Part shown: positions 58,896-64,000 of the stretch, piece by piece
How the letters are laid out: each line of letters starts with the position of its first letter
How positions within the stretch are numbered: the stretch's first letter is position 1
DNA from: Candidatus Bathyarchaeota archaeon
GTDB lineage: Archaea; Thermoproteota; Bathyarchaeia; Bathyarchaeales; Bathycorpusculaceae
DNA length: 64,000 nucleotides
Assembly: GCA_963806535.1 (NCBI GenBank)
Contig: CAWDYC010000003.1
Coordinates: forward strand, 352,001 to 416,000
Direction of reading: 5' to 3'
Notes under the pieces: generated by a model
Told to the model about the DNA's origin: nothing
What the model saw: the letters and a program-made list of their open reading frames with translations, nothing else
Databases searched by the model: none
Position numbers and translations under genes: made by a program

Positions 58896-59273
58896 TTAGA
58901 AGTTCTGGAATCTTTCTTCGGTTAAAGTTTCAACGATATCGGTTGCTATATTAACGATTGAATCTGCCTGCTTCATCATGGCATCGCCATTCACTTCTTC
59001 TAACTGTGAAATTTGCTGTATGATGGTTTCAATTTCAATTAGAAAACGTAGGATTGAGTCATTTGTATTTGGGTTTTTAGTAACTTCTTCGTGGATGAGT
59101 ATTTCTATGAAGGCGGGTTCCCCCAAGCTGTAGTATATGGCATTTCTTGCTTTCCTTATAGCTTCTAAAACTAAACCAGGCGCCATATAAGGTATCTTTC
59201 GTGCTGCTTCCAATTCGGCTTTTGCTTCACGAAGGTATCTAAGTGCCCATCCTTTTCGATAGTCATCCATCAT
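58896..59273 (-). CDS. Hypothetical helical protein (HEPN-like fold possible)
   Basis: YLREAKAELEAA...AIYYSLG; co-oriented with rps17e. Confidence 0.55.
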   Translation of the reverse strand: MMDDYRKGWALRYLREAKAELEAARKIPYMAPGLVLEAIRKARNAIYYSLGEPAFIEILIHEEVTKNPNTNDSILRFLIEIETIIQQISQLEEVNGDAMMKQADSIVNIATDIVETLTEERFQNF

Positions 59274-59298
59274 GAGATTTCTTTTCCTGAAACTACCA

Positions 59299-59553
59299 CT
59301 ATTCAGATTCTTCTTCATCATCGCCCATGTCAGAGTCCATTTCAGAGTCTGCTTGAGCTAACGCTTTAGTGCGAGTTATGTAACCTGCAATTTGATTTCT
59401 TACTCGCGTACTTGTTCCTTTAGTTAAAGTGTTAACTAATAGCTTGTTCTCATCAAATTCAGTGGTGAATTTATCCGGAAATCGTTTAAGTAATTCTTTG
59501 CCTGCTCGTTTAACTTGATCGGTTTTTACTTTTCCCAAATCTCTATTCCTCAT
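59299..59553 (-). CDS. rps17e: 30S ribosomal protein S17e
   Basis: GKVKT..VKR, FDENK, RNQIAGYIT. Confidence 0.95.
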   Translation of the reverse strand: MRNRDLGKVKTDQVKRAGKELLKRFPDKFTTEFDENKLLVNTLTKGTSTRVRNQIAGYITRTKALAQADSEMDSDMGDDEEESE

Positions 59554-59695
59554 GTCAATAACGTTTTAATGTCCGACGCTTCACTGCGCAAGAGCAAATC
59601 CAAATAGATAATCGGCTTAATTTAAGTTTGCGCCTTACGATACAAATTACCTGACCGAGAAAACACATGAAAAGTTGATGAAATTGAAACTCGAG

Positions 59696-60490
59696 CTAAT
59701 TTAGTTTGATGTTAAAAAAAGCCTCAAAGTTTTTACCAATTTGCTCTGCAACCTCTTCAACCTGCATTTTCTTTATTTCAGCTACTGCTTCAACAACATT
59801 TCGGATGAATGAAGGCTTTGTTAATTGTCCATTGTAAGGACGTTTCCAATATTTTACTGGCCCATCAGTTTCTGTTAAAAAGTTTGTCAACGGTACATTC
59901 TCCACAACCTCCCGGATACCGTTCGAGTAAGTTACTGGTGGACCTTCAGTGATAAAGTATCCATTATCCATTGCTTTATGTAAGGCAGCCATTGGGTGAC
60001 TAAACCAATGAAGAAGCACATGTTTAAGCCGATATGAAGGAAGCATTTCGACGACTTTGTCCGTGGTTCCACGTGAATGAATAATCACTGGAAGTTCAAG
60101 CTCCTCGGCAAGATGAAGCATTCTGTCAAAAACCAAGATCTGTTTTTCCCAGATGGTTTCGTATTTGTAATCTAAGCCAATTTCACCAATTGCTTTAACT
60201 ATGTTTTTTTGTTTTTGGATAAAAGTAATCGTTTCTTCCAACTCATTTTCTTTAATAACATTCACATTCCAAGGATGAATACCTAAAGCAGGATAAACTA
60301 AGTTCGGGTATTTCTCAGCAAGGGCAACATCGTTTTGGCATGTTTTAAAATCCATTGAATTTGTCACCAAAGCTGTTACTCCAGCATTTTTCGCATCCGC
60401 TATTAATTCATCTATATGACCAATGTATTCAGTATCTGAGAGGTGGACATGCGCATCTATTAGCTTCATTTTTCTCAGCGCTATTATCAT
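59696..60490 (-). CDS. tatD: TatD-family nuclease
   Basis: DAHVH, GIHP, IGEIGLD, IHSR, ETD. Confidence 0.93.
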   Translation of the reverse strand: MIIALRKMKLIDAHVHLSDTEYIGHIDELIADAKNAGVTALVTNSMDFKTCQNDVALAEKYPNLVYPALGIHPWNVNVIKENELEETITFIQKQKNIVKAIGEIGLDYKYETIWEKQILVFDRMLHLAEELELPVIIHSRGTTDKVVEMLPSYRLKHVLLHWFSHPMAALHKAMDNGYFITEGPPVTYSNGIREVVENVPLTNFLTETDGPVKYWKRPYNGQLTKPSFIRNVVEAVAEIKKMQVEEVAEQIGKNFEAFFNIKLN

Positions 60491-60614
60491 TCTATCGTTT
60501 TTATAATTTTCTTTGTTAAATGTCAGTTTTATGTTAACGGTTATTTAAAGGAAAAAGCGACAACAAAGGTTAAATATTGCTTCAAAATGAAAAAGAGCCA
60601 ACGGAGTTGTCGAT

Positions 60615-60836
60615 ATGACCGATTTAGAAATAGCTGTAGCGCCCATGCACAGATTATGTAAAAAAGCTGGCGCTGACAGAGTAAGTGAAGCAGCAGCAAA
60701 AGAACTTGCAAAGGCACTTGAAGACATAGGCGTTAAAATTGCTAAAGAAGCACTTGATTACGCGATGCATGCAGGGAGAAAAACCATCAAATCCGAAGAC
60801 ATAGAAATAGCTGCAAGAAAAGTCATGGGAAAATAG
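60615..60836 (+). CDS. Archaeal histone
   Basis: AP..RL.KKAGADRVS...HAGRKTIKSEDI. Confidence 0.96.
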   Translation: MTDLEIAVAPMHRLCKKAGADRVSEAAAKELAKALEDIGVKIAKEALDYAMHAGRKTIKSEDIEIAARKVMGK

Positions 60837-60978
60837 TAACTTCATAACTCAAATTATTTCCTTCCTTTCTTTTTTGTTAGATTTCTCGCCCATTTTTGAA
60901 TAGCGTAAGCTTTGTCTCTAAAATCCCAACTGAATACTTTGCTTACCTTCTACAAAGATGTGTAGCAAATGACTTATG

Positions 60979-61731
60979 CTAAGCAGACGACGAAGAATCC
61001 CATAGGAACTGGAAGTACTCCCGTGCAAACCCAACTAGACCCACATGGTTACTCCATATAACCAAAGTTGGTTTGTCTTCTCCTAGGAAAAGCATGGCTT
61101 CTTTGCCGTCAGCGATTATGCCGCCGCCGAACATGTGGTCGCGAATTCGCAGATCATTTGATCCAGAATATTTTTTGATGAAAAGCCAATCTTCTTTTTT
61201 TCCAGCAGCCATCAGTTTCACGCTAACACTCTTTTTCAAGCCGCTTCCCAACATAGGTTCAGCCAACGATATTACGGGTTTCGCAAATTCAGGGGCAGCT
61301 ATCACTATTTCTTTTGTTGCTTTTTTGAGGACCTCTTCAATTTTGCTCAATACGGCTTGTTGACCCCGTAAAATAAGCATGTCCGGTCGTTCCACAAGTT
61401 CGCGTTTTTCATATAGAGGTTGCAGTGTTTGGGTTACAGTGTTTTCCCAGACCAAGTATTTGTCTTCCAGCCTTAGCTTCGTTGATCTTGTCGCCTCAAG
61501 TGGAGGCACAGGATAATACTTGAATGGACGCGTTTCGCTGCTTTTTATCCATCCCTTCTCTTTTAGCGAGTTGAGGACCTCATACATTTTACTGTAGGGA
61601 ACTTTTGCTTCTTGACTAATATCCATAGCTGTCATTTGACCAACTTCAAGGAGCGTAATATAAGCGTCAATTTCGTAAGCGTTTAAGCCCATTTCTCGCA
61701 GAGCATTTCGAGTGTCTTCGTTAATTGCCAT
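60979..61731 (-). CDS. TrmB-family transcriptional regulator
   Basis: GLNAYE..AY, VPYSKMYEVL.SL.EKG, PLD-like C-terminus. Confidence 0.9.
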   Translation of the reverse strand: MAINEDTRNALREMGLNAYEIDAYITLLEVGQMTAMDISQEAKVPYSKMYEVLNSLKEKGWIKSSETRPFKYYPVPPLEATRSTKLRLEDKYLVWENTVTQTLQPLYEKRELVERPDMLILRGQQAVLSKIEEVLKKATKEIVIAAPEFAKPVISLAEPMLGSGLKKSVSVKLMAAGKKEDWLFIKKYSGSNDLRIRDHMFGGGIIADGKEAMLFLGEDKPTLVIWSNHVGLVGFAREYFQFLWDSSSSA

Positions 61732-61814
61732 CGTTTACCCCTCAATCACCGTAGGAAACGTTTGGAAACCTTATTACATCACATATGCTCTTAAGCCCTT
61801 CGAAAATCGCTTAG

Positions 61815-63323
61815 ATGTTAGAAGGCAAAAAAATGAAAGATATCAAACTCACAAGAAGCATATGTCCTGAATGCCTGAAAGCTATAGATGCAACAATTTA
61901 CGAAGACGACGGCAAAGTCTTCATTAAAAAAGAGTGCCCTGAACATGGACCTTTCCAAGAACTTTACTGGTCAGACTATGACCAATACATACGCGCAGAA
62001 AAATTCCGCTTCGACGGCGACGGAATGGAAAACCCCCGAACTGAAAAAAAGAACGGATGCCCATACGACTGCGGCATATGCCCAGAACACAAATCGCATA
62101 CCGCACTTGCAATAATTGATGTCACAAATAGATGCAACCTTACGTGCCCAGTTTGTTTTGCTAACGCAGCTGCCGCAGGATACGTTTACGAGCCTACAAA
62201 AGAGCAAATAGTAGGCATGTTAGAAAACCTTCGTGCAAACAAGCCCGTTGCAGCTACAGCGCTCCAATTTTCTGGCGGAGAACCAACCATTCGTAAAGAC
62301 CTATTCGACTTCGTTCGAAAAGCAAAAGAACTTGGTTTCAGCCACGTAGAGGTTAATACGAATGGGCTTCGACTTGCTCAAAGCGTAGAATACTGCAAAC
62401 AACTCAAAGAAGCCGGCGTGAGCACCATCTATTTACAATTTGATGGCTTAACCTCAGACGTTTTCAAATTTATTCGAGGCGTAGACCTTCTTGATATTAA
62501 AATGAAGGCACTCGAAAACCTTCGAGCCGCAGGATGGAACAGCATTGTCCTCGTCGTCACACTTGTAAAGGGAGTAAATGATCACCAACTTGGCGACATA
62601 ATTAATTTTGCAGCCAAAAACTTCGATCTAATCAGATGCATCAATGTTCAACCAGTCAGTCTCTGTGGCAGATTGCCACCGAAAGACCGCGAAAAAATGC
62701 GCATCACAATACCTGATTTCATGAAAAAAGTAGAAGAACAAACAAATGGAACAATAAAAATGTCTGATTTCTACCCTGTACCTACAGTCGTACCAGTTTC
62801 AAAAGCTGTCGGCGCACTAAAAGACAGACGATACTTAGAATTCACTGCCCATCCACACTGCGGTATGGCAACTTATCTTCTCATTGAAAACGGTAAAATC
62901 GTTCCAATCACACGTTACGGAAATATAGAAAAATTCATCAACGTAATGAACAAAGTATATGAAACTGCTTCAAAAGGAAACAAAACTAAAGCGAAACTGC
63001 AACTTGTCAGTTCAATGCGCCATGTTAACTTCGGCTTTCTGAGAAAATACGTTCTCGGAGTAGTTACAAAAGGCGACTACCATTCCCTTGGCGAACTGCA
63101 AAGAAAAGCAATTCTTCTTTCATCTATGCATTTCATGGATCCGTATAACTTCGACCTTGAAAGAGTACAACGATGCTTAATCCACTATGCGGTGCCGGAT
63201 GGACGAATAATTCCATTCTGCACTATGAACTCCATCCACAGAGCTGAAGTTGAAAAGAAACTTGGTGTTCCAATCAAAGAATGGAAGGCCCAACATAAAG
63301 TTGAAATAAGCCAACCATTCTAG
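61815..63323 (+). CDS. tes: Tetraether lipid synthase (GDGT-MAS, radical SAM)
   Basis: SICPEC..CPEHG, CPYDCGICPEH, TNRCNLTCPVC, HPHCG, FMDPYNFD, IPFC. Confidence 0.9.
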   Translation: MLEGKKMKDIKLTRSICPECLKAIDATIYEDDGKVFIKKECPEHGPFQELYWSDYDQYIRAEKFRFDGDGMENPRTEKKNGCPYDCGICPEHKSHTALAIIDVTNRCNLTCPVCFANAAAAGYVYEPTKEQIVGMLENLRANKPVAATALQFSGGEPTIRKDLFDFVRKAKELGFSHVEVNTNGLRLAQSVEYCKQLKEAGVSTIYLQFDGLTSDVFKFIRGVDLLDIKMKALENLRAAGWNSIVLVVTLVKGVNDHQLGDIINFAAKNFDLIRCINVQPVSLCGRLPPKDREKMRITIPDFMKKVEEQTNGTIKMSDFYPVPTVVPVSKAVGALKDRRYLEFTAHPHCGMATYLLIENGKIVPITRYGNIEKFINVMNKVYETASKGNKTKAKLQLVSSMRHVNFGFLRKYVLGVVTKGDYHSLGELQRKAILLSSMHFMDPYNFDLERVQRCLIHYAVPDGRIIPFCTMNSIHRAEVEKKLGVPIKEWKAQHKVEISQPF

Positions 63324-63348
63324 ATGTTGAGAATAAAAGATTAGCAAA

Positions 63349-63690
63349 GTGAAATTTATGGGTGGAAAAAAGAAGCTCGGCATAAAGCAGATGGAAAAGC
63401 AGCAGGTCAGTCAAGACGAAGAAAAAGCTAAGCAAGACAAAAAGAAAGAGAAAGCTGGACCGCCAAAAGAAAGAAAGACTGTCGGAATCATGGCTCCAGA
63501 CGCAAAGGACGCCAAAATTGTCGCAGAAGTCAAAAAAATGGGTGTTCTAACGCCTTATGCTGTTTCAACAAGATATGGTGTACGAATAAGCGCAGCCAAA
63601 GACTTCCTTGAACAATTGGAAGCTGAAGGTGCAGTTCAGCTTGTTTCCGGAAGCCACAACATAAAAATCTACAAGGCTAAAGCAAGCTAA
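63349..63690 (+). CDS. rps25e: 30S ribosomal protein S25e
   Basis: MGGKKK, LTPYAV...RISAAK..L. Confidence 0.88.
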   Translation: MKFMGGKKKLGIKQMEKQQVSQDEEKAKQDKKKEKAGPPKERKTVGIMAPDAKDAKIVAEVKKMGVLTPYAVSTRYGVRISAAKDFLEQLEAEGAVQLVSGSHNIKIYKAKAS

Positions 63691-63748
63691 TTTGCTCAAG
63701 CTTAATTCCTTATTTTAAAAAGTTAGTTATATCGAGGTCTTGTTTTAA

Positions 63749-64000
63749 TTGAAAGAGTTTCCCGAAAGAGTTTACACTGCTGAAGAGGTAAATACGGCAA
63801 AAGAACTAGTTGACGGAGGCTATAAGCACAAACTCACCGTTGAGGGGGCATCGGATTTTATAGAAAAAGTGAACCGCGCCCTTGAACTAATCAAAACCGC
63901 AGAATTCTCAGACTTTTTGCAGTCACACATAAGAAAAATATTAGAAATCGATGGAATAACACAATTGCGTGAAACAGAAGCATCCATCTGGGCAAACAAG
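63749..64000 (+). CDS. Hypothetical protein (partial)
   Basis: Open frame from TTG 63749 (MKEFPERVYTAEEV...) to the window end. Confidence 0.6.
   Translation, partial: MKEFPERVYTAEEVNTAKELVDGGYKHKLTVEGASDFIEKVNRALELIKTAEFSDFLQSHIRKILEIDGITQLRETEASIWANK

Overview
Archaeal chromosomal segment, most likely Bathyarchaeia/TACK. This is inferred from the archaeal histone, Alba, S25e, stand-alone L40e, tetraether synthase, TFB, Gar1 and the LLVYFKK-type surface-protein anchors. Core regions hold a multi-PAS histidine kinase (partial), an NAD(P)-dependent methylene-H4MPT dehydrogenase, a tnpA-only IS200/IS605 element, a complete DAP/DapL lysine operon, ribosomal and transcription genes, aspS, purB, hel308, an iscS-iscU-sufS cluster, a glycosylation cluster and tes. 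A ~20 kb accessory island lies between aspS and a frameshifted asnB (about 18.4-38.4 kb) and has three parts. (1) An array of surface/membrane protein genes whose junctions carry a conserved nested-palindrome element (AGTMAA-N6-TTKACK, often doubled) at fixed spacing to a TATA box, which looks like a cassette or recombination array. (2) A virus-derived ParB / ABC-ATPase / GNAT / TerS / TerL module with a candidate -1 ribosomal frameshift signal and no portal or capsid genes. (3) Tandem VapBC-type toxin-antitoxin modules separated by four progressively decayed 3' halves of tRNA-Arg(CCT). All calls come from motif reading by eye; no database searches were run.
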